Below the pieces are notes generated by a model. It was not told the origin of the DNA, made no database searches, and saw nothing but the letters and a program-made list of their open reading frames with translations. This document shows, one piece after another, positions 51,864 to 60,504 of a stretch of DNA of 64,000 nucleotides; positions within the stretch are counted from its first letter, which is position 1, and each line of letters starts with the position of its first letter. The position numbers and the translations under genes are program-made. The DNA is from Candidatus Latescibacterota bacterium (lineage in GTDB: Bacteria; Latescibacterota; UBA2968): NCBI GenBank assembly GCA_965205975.1, contig OZ242195.1, positions 3,808,001 through 3,872,000 on the forward strand. Direction: 5' to 3'.

Positions 51864-52673
51864 TCATTCCCCATCCTCAATCGACACATCCCGTACCTCA
51901 TCTGTCCAATCAACCCAGATATCATCTCCCGGGGGTTCCTCCTGAAGCTGGAGCATATCGTTCAGCTTGAAATCGTACAACACCGCCTTTCGGATCTGCC
52001 GCGAATAATTGGCCGACGCCATATGCCCGATACGGTGGTGCCAAAAAACAATATCACCGGGTTCACCATGCGTCTGATATGAATTCTCGTCACAAGATTG
52101 AAACGCCTCTCTATGCTTCTCCATCCGGGGCAATGGCTCCTTGAGATAGCGCGTCTGGTAATCGAAAAAAAACGTGCGATGGCTCCTGGGCCACACCGTA
52201 AAACCGCCGCCATCTTCGGGCACGTGATCGATATAGCCCACCACTGCAAAATTGAACGCATGGGCATCCACATGCAAATGCCGCGGTTTCCTCGGAACAT
52301 CGCCATAGGGCAACGTGCAATAAATACCGCGCACGCCCCTCGGCTCGGGAAAATTCCCCTTACCCAGCATCTGCTCCGCAGCACCCCACACAACCGGATT
52401 CTTTGCCAACAGCTCAATCATCCAGGGCTCTCTGCCCACCTTGCGGTATTGCCAGCGATAACCGCGCTTGTAATTATTGCGATCCTCTGATTCCTCTTCC
52501 GGCTTAATGGGACCCACCCATGAATCCGGATCGTCTTTCTTCAAACTCGGCGGCGGATCGTCCCACAGGCGTTCCCGCGCACGGGCGCACAACTCGGGAT
52601 CCAGAGCACCCTTCTTCACCAGATAGCCCTCGCGTTTGAAAAAACGGATCTCATCTTCCGTAAGCACAGGCAT
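51864..52673 (-). CDS. PhyH-family dioxygenase with canonical HxD
   Basis: FFKREGY, LHVD, GGFTVWPRSH, GDIVFWH...H. Confidence 0.85.
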   Translation of the reverse strand: MPVLTEDEIRFFKREGYLVKKGALDPELCARARERLWDDPPPSLKKDDPDSWVGPIKPEEESEDRNNYKRGYRWQYRKVGREPWMIELLAKNPVVWGAAEQMLGKGNFPEPRGVRGIYCTLPYGDVPRKPRHLHVDAHAFNFAVVGYIDHVPEDGGGFTVWPRSHRTFFFDYQTRYLKEPLPRMEKHREAFQSCDENSYQTHGEPGDIVFWHHRIGHMASANYSRQIRKAVLYDFKLNDMLQLQEEPPGDDIWVDWTDEVRDVSIEDGE

Positions 52674-52848
52674 GACACACTCTCCTCTTTTATACGAGTT
52701 GATACTGTCTCAATCCAATTATAGGCACTTACGCATCGGCAATAAAGTATAAAGTGACCTGATACAACAAAAAACAAGTTGCCTATCAGTCCATATTGTA
52801 TATCTTTTTAAGCAACCACCTTAGCTTCATCTATCTGGGAGTATTAAA

Positions 52849-53076
52849 ATGTCTCTCCGCTTTCACCAACTGCCTTCCTTTCGTCTCGGTCTGTCGTTTT
52901 GGTCCGGGGTCTCTTCGCTGGCAGATGTTTTAGGGGAAGCTACTCTCCCCGAAGCCGACGATATTCTATCGGGACCTGAAGCTGATCGAGTAGCCTTAGA
53001 GGACGATCTCCAGAGAATCGGAAAAGACTTTCAGAAAGTCATAGCACAGGTAACCGATGAGCACATCTCGGAGTAA
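52849..53076 (+). CDS. Small hypothetical protein
   Basis: GGAG RBS; overlaps the DUF2335 gene; D..AL..D...IG.D pattern. Confidence 0.6.
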   Translation: MSLRFHQLPSFRLGLSFWSGVSSLADVLGEATLPEADDILSGPEADRVALEDDLQRIGKDFQKVIAQVTDEHISE

Positions 53077-53527
53077 GCACCCAGAAGGTCAATCTCGCCA
53101 AGCTCGACAGGATCAGCCTGAATCTTCCTCTTCCCGTCATTCTGCTGAGCTTATTGCCCAGCAAACCACCATTGAGGCGCACCAGGGACCTCTGCCTACT
53201 CCTGATGATTTGGCGCAGTACGATCAAGTTCTGCCCGGACTCGCAGATCGAATTGTGGTCATGGCAGAAAAGGAGCAAGCTCACCGAATTGATTCGGAAC
53301 AAAAGATTTTAAGGGCTTCAATAGCCTCCCATCATCGGGGACAGCTTTTGGCAACTTTCCTGGGCTTACTTGGTTTTGTTGTGGCAATCGCTTTTGGTTA
53401 TTGGGGTTTTGCTACTGCTGGAGCCGGACTGGCAGGAGGGGTTATTCTTTCAATTGTGGGCGTTCTTTACGTAAAACAGCGATACGCAAAGCGGGTGCCG
53501 TCAAGTGGAAAAACAGCGGACAAATGA
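53057..53527 (+). CDS. DUF2335 membrane protein
   Basis: GPLP.P..L.QYDQV.PG.ADRIV.MAEKEQAHR plus two TM helices. Confidence 0.85.
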   Translation: MSTSRSKHPEGQSRQARQDQPESSSSRHSAELIAQQTTIEAHQGPLPTPDDLAQYDQVLPGLADRIVVMAEKEQAHRIDSEQKILRASIASHHRGQLLATFLGLLGFVVAIAFGYWGFATAGAGLAGGVILSIVGVLYVKQRYAKRVPSSGKTADK

Positions 53528-53700
53528 AAATACAAAAGTACATTTACTGGCAAGATGATCTTATGTTTCTCGGATACCTTGAAGATTATCCCGATTACTG
53601 GACACAAGGCAAAACTATAGAAGAGCTGGAAGAAAATCTGATCGATATATACAACGAACTTACAGGTGGTGCTATTCCCTCTCATCCAGATATACAGTAA
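53524..53700 (+). CDS. Short HicB-like antitoxin, possibly truncated
   Basis: GYLEDYPDYWTQGKTIEELEENL; ATGA overlap with the previous gene. Confidence 0.7.
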   Translation: MKIQKYIYWQDDLMFLGYLEDYPDYWTQGKTIEELEENLIDIYNELTGGAIPSHPDIQ

Positions 53701-54979
53701 CCTCCCCATCATTTTCATCCACGATTGCATTGGTGAATTGGGCGGTCAAGCCAGAGCCAGAAATATTCACCGCTCCATCGTCAGACACCACCTCTAATGC
53801 ATCAAGCCCCGCGATCGTCAACCTCAGAACGCCATCTAGCGGATGGGGACCCTTTGCCACAGTCAGTGCTTTAACATCATCCATCCTATCCGTCAGCATC
53901 TCCAATTGACCACTCTCGTGACGGATATTAACGAACCGCGTATGGAGCACACCCCCTTCTACAATCCTGAGATTACTGGGATCCGTACCACTCACCCACA
54001 GAGGAACTGTATCAGGTGCTATAACAGACAAGCGCATGCCCGCCTGTGAATCAAACGCCTGCCTTTGCTCAGACCGCTGTGCAAGTAGATCTTGCACATC
54101 TACTCTTGCAACATCTTCAAAACGCGCGATCTCCGCCTCGGTAAATTCGCCACACTGACCCCCGCTCTTTTCGAGAGCTTCTGCCAGATATAAATCCAAC
54201 GCCTGCTCATCATCCGCTTCAAATGCTGTCTTCCACATTGGCGCAAACGCATCGAGCAAAACCGCAAGCGCGTGCCCTGTCTCGTAGCACCGTCCGCGCA
54301 CCTCATTCGCGGCATAACCCTCCCGCGGCAAATCCACGCTCATCCGACCCACAGACATCGCCTCCACATAAGAGGCAAGCCCTTCGAGCAACTCTGTCCC
54401 TCGTTCATAGGTGGAAAACTCCGGACCCATCCCCGCATATCGATCCTGCCGCGCCCTGAGTGCCCGCAACGTCCAACATCGCTTCTCCTCGGACCCATGC
54501 GCAGCGAGCGCCCGTCGCAACGCCTCTGTCTCCATCCGCCGAAAGGACAGCAAATTTGCATCATCCACCGGATAGAGATAAAGCACGGTTTCGTTTCCCT
54601 GCCAGGTGGGATGACAAGCTTGTTGATAGACATGGAACGCCTCGTGAATTGCTAACGAAGCTATAACTGTCGGCACTTGATTTGCCGATCTATCGAACAT
54701 AACACTGGCTGCTGGCGTTCCCGCAATCTCGACAACACTGCTGGCAGTCACGACTGGATAGCGCCCATCGTACACAAGCACATCGCATTCACCAACCCGC
54801 ATCTCCTTAAAACCCTCGGGAACCTCCGAACACCGAAAAAGATATGTATCGTCACCGTCATAAAAAACAAGAGGAACCGCGAGCGGATCAAAGCCCGGCC
54901 ACAATTCACCCCGTGCGGCCAGACGCTCAATCTCACGCGCCAAATCTGACACATGTCTCCTATCTTTGGGAACACACAT
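53672..54979 (-). CDS. Hypothetical protein with HExxH metallopeptidase motif
   Basis: IHEAFH and downstream EGLASY. Confidence 0.7.
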   Translation of the reverse strand: MCVPKDRRHVSDLAREIERLAARGELWPGFDPLAVPLVFYDGDDTYLFRCSEVPEGFKEMRVGECDVLVYDGRYPVVTASSVVEIAGTPAASVMFDRSANQVPTVIASLAIHEAFHVYQQACHPTWQGNETVLYLYPVDDANLLSFRRMETEALRRALAAHGSEEKRCWTLRALRARQDRYAGMGPEFSTYERGTELLEGLASYVEAMSVGRMSVDLPREGYAANEVRGRCYETGHALAVLLDAFAPMWKTAFEADDEQALDLYLAEALEKSGGQCGEFTEAEIARFEDVARVDVQDLLAQRSEQRQAFDSQAGMRLSVIAPDTVPLWVSGTDPSNLRIVEGGVLHTRFVNIRHESGQLEMLTDRMDDVKALTVAKGPHPLDGVLRLTIAGLDALEVVSDDGAVNISGSGLTAQFTNAIVDENDGEVTVYLDERE

Positions 54980-55341
54980 CAGACAGATCCCTCCTCATCT
55001 ACCCGCTGATACGACGCCGTAATCTCGTGATCTATGCCCCCGCGAATATTGAAACGGCTGATCACCTCCATCTCGACCGGATCGCACAGATCTACCAGAT
55101 CGTTCAAAATCTGATTCGTCACAGGCTCCATATAAATCCCCTGATCTCGGAACGACCAGAAATAGTGCTTCAGCGACCGCAACTCCACGCACCGCGGACC
55201 GGGAACATACCAGATCACAATCGTCGCAAAATCCGGCTGCCCCGTCTTGGGACACAACGACGTAAACTCCGGAAACGTAAACTCAATCGTATAACGCCGT
55301 TCCGGATTCGGATTATCAAACGCCTCTAATAGTGGACTCAT
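54979..55341 (-). CDS. queF: NADPH-dependent 7-cyano-7-deazaguanine reductase, single-domain type
   Basis: PEFTSLCPKTGQPDFA (catalytic Cys/Asp), ELRSLKHY QueF motif, RGG. Confidence 0.9.
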   Translation of the reverse strand: MSPLLEAFDNPNPERRYTIEFTFPEFTSLCPKTGQPDFATIVIWYVPGPRCVELRSLKHYFWSFRDQGIYMEPVTNQILNDLVDLCDPVEMEVISRFNIRGGIDHEITASYQRVDEEGSV

Positions 55342-55420
55342 ACTTCATCCTTCACACTTCACATCTTATCTGCGTTCATCTGCGAAAAACGCTCAAATTA
55401 CTCGCGTTTTTTTCTGCGGA

Positions 55421-55765
55421 TCATACCTCATCCTCACGCTCATACGCCACAGACACCCGCGTCTCAATCCCACCACGCACTGTAAAATCACCCGTCACAT
55501 CCAACGTCAGCGGATCGCACGCCGCTACAAAATCATCCACAATTTTATTCACCACACCCTCGTAAAACACCTTCTCATCCCGAAACGACCCCAAATACCG
55601 CTTCAGCGACATCTGCTCCACACACACCTCTCCCGGCACATAAGAAATCGAAACCGTCGCAAAAATCGGCTGCCCCGTCACCGCGTACAGCGCCGTAAAC
55701 TCCGACGACTCAAAATCAATCGTATAAACCCGCCCGCGCTCGGGATTTTTAACGCACGCTAACAT
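55421..55765 (-). CDS. QueF-like T-fold protein lacking the catalytic Cys and Asp
   Basis: EFTALYAVTGQPIFA aligns with EFTSLCPKTGQPDFA; EQMSLKRY; RGG. Confidence 0.8.
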   Translation of the reverse strand: MLACVKNPERGRVYTIDFESSEFTALYAVTGQPIFATVSISYVPGEVCVEQMSLKRYLGSFRDEKVFYEGVVNKIVDDFVAACDPLTLDVTGDFTVRGGIETRVSVAYEREDEV

Positions 55766-55769
55766 AAAA

Positions 55770-56936
55770 TCACTCAAATGGCACCAGACTCGCGCCCACC
55801 GGATCGGGATTCGTGGGCCGAATCGGCATCTCCTCATAAGAACGATAAGATATATCCAGATGCGGCGTCTCAACCCGTCTGTACCCCTCATACCGCGAAT
55901 CTATCAACGCCTCCAGCGCACCTGAAATCAACAACGTGCGCTCAACCGGATACTGCGGCTTACCCGTCAAAAACATCTGCTGAATATTCAAACTCAAATA
56001 ACTAAAATGCGCATGCGGATTATCCGGCAAAAAAACGCGCATATTATCCACCTCTCCCCCGCGCCGCGCCGCAAAACCCCACCCCCGCGTGTACCCATTC
56101 AACATAAACGTCGCCGCCCTCAACCCATCTGCATACGCCAACAAAAAAACAGCCGGATTCTCGCAGTGATCGCGCACATCGCCATCTTCTTTCGCCTCAA
56201 TATGCGCTATCGCCGCCGCGTACAAATCCCTATCCCACGCATCCGACGCCCAGACATCATCCCCCTCCAAACACTGCACCGCCACAATCCCCGTCTCCCC
56301 GCCCGCGCGGCGCTCAACCATACACTGCAGCGTCTCCAGCGCGTGAAAACCATAAGAATCAAGCCCACCAAAAGCCACCGACACCGCCGTCTCAATCTCC
56401 GTATCCAGTTCATACTCAAGCCACGGCTTTCGCCATGCAAGCGGCAGAGACGACCCCGCCATAAACGGCACATCGAGTTCCCGCGCGCGATCGCACATCC
56501 ACTTTGCATCGTGCCAATTATACGACAGATGCTTATCGCTAAACACCGGCACAGACCGCCCAGACGAAGCAAACACCCCGCAAATCTGCTCAAAAAAATA
56601 CTTCCGCGGATACATATGTTGCTCCTTCTCATTCCACGGATAATCGCCATGCTCGCCAATCAGCAACACCCCATCCACCGCCAGCTTATCACCGCCCAAA
56701 GTCAAAGCCTGGTTAATACTCCCATACATCGGCACACCGAATTCCTCGGCAATCGCGCACCCGATATCGTCTCTGTAATGCACCTGATCCAGATACATCG
56801 ACACCACATCCACCTCTGGTGGAAGCAACCCGTCATCTGTCGGAAACCCCTTCAAAAACTTCGTCACAATCACATCGGCGTGTGACCGCGGAAAATACGA
56901 CGTAATCACCGCTGCAATTTTCTTTCGCTCGGCCAT
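55770..56936 (-). CDS. Hypothetical oxidoreductase-like protein
   Basis: SHADVI, IGEHGDYP, DKHL, AGSSLP, YGFHALE; Gfo/Idh/MocA-like pattern. Confidence 0.7.
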   Translation of the reverse strand: MAERKKIAAVITSYFPRSHADVIVTKFLKGFPTDDGLLPPEVDVVSMYLDQVHYRDDIGCAIAEEFGVPMYGSINQALTLGGDKLAVDGVLLIGEHGDYPWNEKEQHMYPRKYFFEQICGVFASSGRSVPVFSDKHLSYNWHDAKWMCDRARELDVPFMAGSSLPLAWRKPWLEYELDTEIETAVSVAFGGLDSYGFHALETLQCMVERRAGGETGIVAVQCLEGDDVWASDAWDRDLYAAAIAHIEAKEDGDVRDHCENPAVFLLAYADGLRAATFMLNGYTRGWGFAARRGGEVDNMRVFLPDNPHAHFSYLSLNIQQMFLTGKPQYPVERTLLISGALEALIDSRYEGYRRVETPHLDISYRSYEEMPIRPTNPDPVGASLVPFE

Positions 56937-57014
56937 GGCTTTCCTCCAATTGTGTGTCTCGTTATATAATCGTAAATTATACCACAAGGAGTATAACAAC
57001 AATAAAAAAAACCA

Positions 57015-57098
57015 CTGGATCGCGGCTCAAGCATGCCCCTGCATGGTTTAAGCAGGGGACCATGCCGCGATGACGGGCGAGGCATGCCTCGCCCCTAC
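57015..57098. repeat. Family B palindrome with nested hairpin, plus GTAG REP
   Basis: CTGGATCGCGGCTCAA[gcatgCCCCTGCatggtttaaGCAGGGG]ACCATGCCGCGATGAC, then a REP at 57075-57098. Confidence 0.8.
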
Positions 57099-57205
57099 AA
57101 TGGATAACTGAACACTGACCGCTAAATATTCTTACATCCTCACACCCAAAATTTGGTATCTTAAAGCGTCCAAAACGCACTTTAACCATTACCGGGAGGA
57201 ATATC

Positions 57206-57811
57206 TTGACCGAAGTCAAAGCCACCAACATCGTCTGGCACGAAGGCCATGTCGCGCGCAAACAGCGCGAAGACCTGCTCGAACAAAAAGGCGCACTCAT
57301 CTGGCTCACCGGACTGCCCAGCTCGGGCAAAAGCACGATAGCATTCACCACAGAACACGCCCTGATTGAACGCGGGCGCATGGCCTACGTACTCGACGGC
57401 GACAACATCCGCCATGGACTCAACAAAAACCTCGGATTCTCAGCCGAAGACCGCGCCGAAAACATCCGCCGCATCGGCGAAGTCGGCAAACTCTTTGCCG
57501 ACACCGGCATCATCACCCTATCCAGCTTTGTAAGCCCCTATCGCACCGACCGCGACGGCGTGCGCGAACTCATGGAAGACAAAAACTTCATCGAAGTATT
57601 CATCAACACCCCCCTCGACGTATGTGAAGAACGCGACCCAAAGGGCCTGTACAAAAAAGCGCGCACAGGTGAAATACCCAACTTCACCGGCATCTCTGAC
57701 CCCTATGAACCGCCTGAAAATCCCGAACTCGTCATACACACCGTTGACAGCACCCCACAAGAGGCCGCATTGCAAATCATCGCCCTGCTCGAAACGCGCG
57801 GAAACATATAG
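57206..57811 (+). CDS. cysC: Adenylyl-sulfate kinase
   Basis: WLTGLPSSGKST, LDGDNIRHGL, RDPKGLY, FTGISDPYE. Confidence 0.96.
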   Translation: MTEVKATNIVWHEGHVARKQREDLLEQKGALIWLTGLPSSGKSTIAFTTEHALIERGRMAYVLDGDNIRHGLNKNLGFSAEDRAENIRRIGEVGKLFADTGIITLSSFVSPYRTDRDGVRELMEDKNFIEVFINTPLDVCEERDPKGLYKKARTGEIPNFTGISDPYEPPENPELVIHTVDSTPQEAALQIIALLETRGNI

Positions 57812-57816
57812 ACGAC

Positions 57817-58476
57817 ATGCCCATCATCGACCTCACCATGCCCATTGCCGACCACTTTCGCTGGCCTGTTGAGCGCAGCCTCAAAAGCAGTTTTGAAACC
57901 GGCGACATGGCGCAAGTGACCCACATGGGATGGGCTGTCCACGGATTTACGCACGTCGATGCGCCGTGCCACATGTTCCCGGAAGGACCCACCACCAGCG
58001 ACACCGAACTCGACCAAATCGTGGGACAGGCCGCAGTCGTCGATCTCTCGGGCATCGCGCCGGAAACGCCGATCACCGAAGCGCAGATTCGCGCTGCCGG
58101 ACAGCACATACGGTCTGGAGACATCGTCGTCATGAAAACGCGGTGGGACGAAATAGAATCGCATCAAACCCCCGAATTCTGGACCCGCGCGCCCTACATG
58201 TCGCGCCCCGCCGCAAAGTGGCTGCGCGCGCAAAACATCCGCGCCATAGCATTTGACTTTCCGCAAGACTATCCCATACGCCAGTTGCTCAGTGGCGAGA
58301 GAGCACCCCTTTCCGAATTTGTAACCCACGACATCCTCTTGCGCGATGGCATCATCCTCATCGAATACATCTGCAACACGGGCAGGATAGCTGCGGACCG
58401 CGTATCGTTCTTCGCCCTGCCCTTAAAAATCCCCGAAGCCGACGGCGCACCGGCTCGCGTCATCGCAATTCAATAA
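57817..58476 (+). CDS. Cyclase-family (kynurenine formamidase-like) metal hydrolase
   Basis: IIDLT, HGFTHVDAPCH, DGAPAR. Confidence 0.9.
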   Translation: MPIIDLTMPIADHFRWPVERSLKSSFETGDMAQVTHMGWAVHGFTHVDAPCHMFPEGPTTSDTELDQIVGQAAVVDLSGIAPETPITEAQIRAAGQHIRSGDIVVMKTRWDEIESHQTPEFWTRAPYMSRPAAKWLRAQNIRAIAFDFPQDYPIRQLLSGERAPLSEFVTHDILLRDGIILIEYICNTGRIAADRVSFFALPLKIPEADGAPARVIAIQ

Positions 58477-58492
58477 CCCCTGGAAAATCACC

Positions 58493-59857
58493 ATGATCTA
58501 CCACCAACTCTTCTCCCAAATTGACCGCACCGTACGCGTTGGCGTCATCGGCACCGGACACTACGCCACAGCCCTCATCACACAATCGCGCGTCGTCGAT
58601 CAACTCCACGTACCCGTCGTCTGTGACACAAACCCTGACGCAGCCCAAAATGCATATCATCACGCCGGCCTGGACACCGACAAAACCATCATAGCCGACA
58701 CCACCCAACAGGCAGCCAAAGCCATAGAACAGGGCAAACACGTCATCCTCACCGACGCCATGCAAATGATGGACCTGCCCCTCGACGTCATCGTAGAATC
58801 CACGGGCGTCCCGAGTGCAGGCGCAAAACACGGCATAGAAGCCATACGACACGGCAAACACGTCGCCATGGTATCCAAAGAAACCGACGTCACCGTCGGA
58901 CCCATCCTCAAACACCTCGCAGACAAAGCCGGACTCGTCTATACCGCTGTTGACGGCGACCAGCACGGCCTGCTCATGGGCCTTGTGCAATGGGCGCGCG
59001 GCCTGGGCCTCGAAGTACTCTGCGGAGGCAAATCACTGGACTCTGACCGCGTTTACGACCCACAGACCAACGCCATCGTCTGGTCCAAAGGCAAAATCCA
59101 GATCCCCGACGAACAGATATTCTCCACCCAAAATCCCTCGGCCTACATCGCACAACGCCGTCAAATCATGGGCGAACTCGGCGCCATCGCCGGTTACGAC
59201 ATCACCGAACTCACCATCGCCGCCAATGCCACCGGTCTCATCCCCGATATAGACACCCTGCACACACCCGTAGTCCGCACCGTTGAAATACCCGAAGTCC
59301 TCGCACCCAGAGAAGACGGCGGCATCTTATCCCACCGCGGCGTCATCGACTGCGTCTCCTGCCTGCGCCAGGCAAATGAACCCGGCCTTGGCGGCGGCGT
59401 CTTCATCGTCATCGCCTGTGAAAACGCCTACTCCCGCCACATCCTCACCACCAAAGGACTCATCCCCAACAAAAAAGGCACCACAGCCCTCATCTACCGC
59501 CCCTATCACCTCTGCGGCGTTGAAACACCCATCACAACACTCGTCGCCGGCCTCTTAAACCTGCCCACGGGCACGACCGACTACCACCCATCCTTTGACG
59601 TTGTAGGCCGCGCAAAAGAACACCTCAAAGCCGGTGATCGGATCGGCAACGACCACAGCAAAAACATCGAATACCTCATGCGCCCCGCGCTACCCGTCGC
59701 GCCCGACAACCCCCTCCCCTACCACATGGCCAACGGCAATACCCTCAGCCGGGACATCCCCGCTGGCACCTTCATCACAGCAAGCGCGATACAACCCAAA
59801 GACAACGACCCCCTCTGGACGCTTCGCAAAGAACAGGACGCGCATTTTCTAAAATAA
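58493..59857 (+). CDS. NAD(P)-dependent oxidoreductase, homoserine-dehydrogenase-like, with C-terminal SAF domain
   Basis: GVIGTGHY, KETDVTVGP, DGDQ, YRPYHLCGVE. Confidence 0.82.
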   Translation: MIYHQLFSQIDRTVRVGVIGTGHYATALITQSRVVDQLHVPVVCDTNPDAAQNAYHHAGLDTDKTIIADTTQQAAKAIEQGKHVILTDAMQMMDLPLDVIVESTGVPSAGAKHGIEAIRHGKHVAMVSKETDVTVGPILKHLADKAGLVYTAVDGDQHGLLMGLVQWARGLGLEVLCGGKSLDSDRVYDPQTNAIVWSKGKIQIPDEQIFSTQNPSAYIAQRRQIMGELGAIAGYDITELTIAANATGLIPDIDTLHTPVVRTVEIPEVLAPREDGGILSHRGVIDCVSCLRQANEPGLGGGVFIVIACENAYSRHILTTKGLIPNKKGTTALIYRPYHLCGVETPITTLVAGLLNLPTGTTDYHPSFDVVGRAKEHLKAGDRIGNDHSKNIEYLMRPALPVAPDNPLPYHMANGNTLSRDIPAGTFITASAIQPKDNDPLWTLRKEQDAHFLK

Positions 59858-59895
59858 AAAAAACCGAGTACATCTTTGCAATGTACTCGGTTTTT
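59858..59895. terminator. Bidirectional intrinsic terminator
   Basis: AAAAACCGAGTACAT-loop-ATGTACTCGGTTTTT between convergent genes. Confidence 0.88.
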
Positions 59896-59916
59896 CTCTA
59901 AATATTATCGACCTAC

Positions 59917-60504
59917 TCACCAAATCTCATCCAAATCCAGTTCAAATCCCCGCAAAACGGGATCGCCAGAAATGCGCGAAGGCTGCTCCAACTCCTCTAT
60001 GGGCAAGCCAGCGCGATACACATAAACGCGCCGTGCATAAGGATCGATCAACCACCCCAAACTAAGGCCATTATCGAGATATTCCCGCATCTTTTCCTGC
60101 AATGGAGCCAACTGATCACTTTCCGACCGCAATTCAATGACAAAATCGGGACATAATGGAACAAACTTGCGTCGGTCTTCTGAAGACAATGCCATCAGCC
60201 GCGTATATTCAATCCACGCGGCATCGGGCGACCGCACCGCCCCATTGGGCAACTGAAACCCACCTGACGAATCAAAACTCGCACCCGTACCATCCCCTTT
60301 TGCCCAAAACCGCAACTGCATAGTAATCTCTGCATTGCGCTCGCTCGTCTCACCCCCCGCTGGTGGCATAATAATCACATCTCCCTGCGCATTGCGCTCA
60401 ATGCAAACATCGCGATTGAGTTGGCAAAACGCATAAAAATCCTCATCACTCACCTCGATCACCGGCTGAAAATGCAAGACAGTTTCCATCTTTGCAATCT
60501 CCAT
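59917..60504 (-). CDS. Uma2-family (DUF820) endonuclease-like protein
   Basis: RSPDAAW, CPDFVIELRS, KMREY..NG..LGWLIDP. Confidence 0.92.
   Translation of the reverse strand: MEIAKMETVLHFQPVIEVSDEDFYAFCQLNRDVCIERNAQGDVIIMPPAGGETSERNAEITMQLRFWAKGDGTGASFDSSGGFQLPNGAVRSPDAAWIEYTRLMALSSEDRRKFVPLCPDFVIELRSESDQLAPLQEKMREYLDNGLSLGWLIDPYARRVYVYRAGLPIEELEQPSRISGDPVLRGFELDLDEIW

Noticed and set aside
54979..55765. queF pair as part of a 7-deazaguanine DNA modification (dpd) system
   Set aside because: No dpdA/tgt, queC, queD or queE in the window, and the pair is not linked to the defence island.
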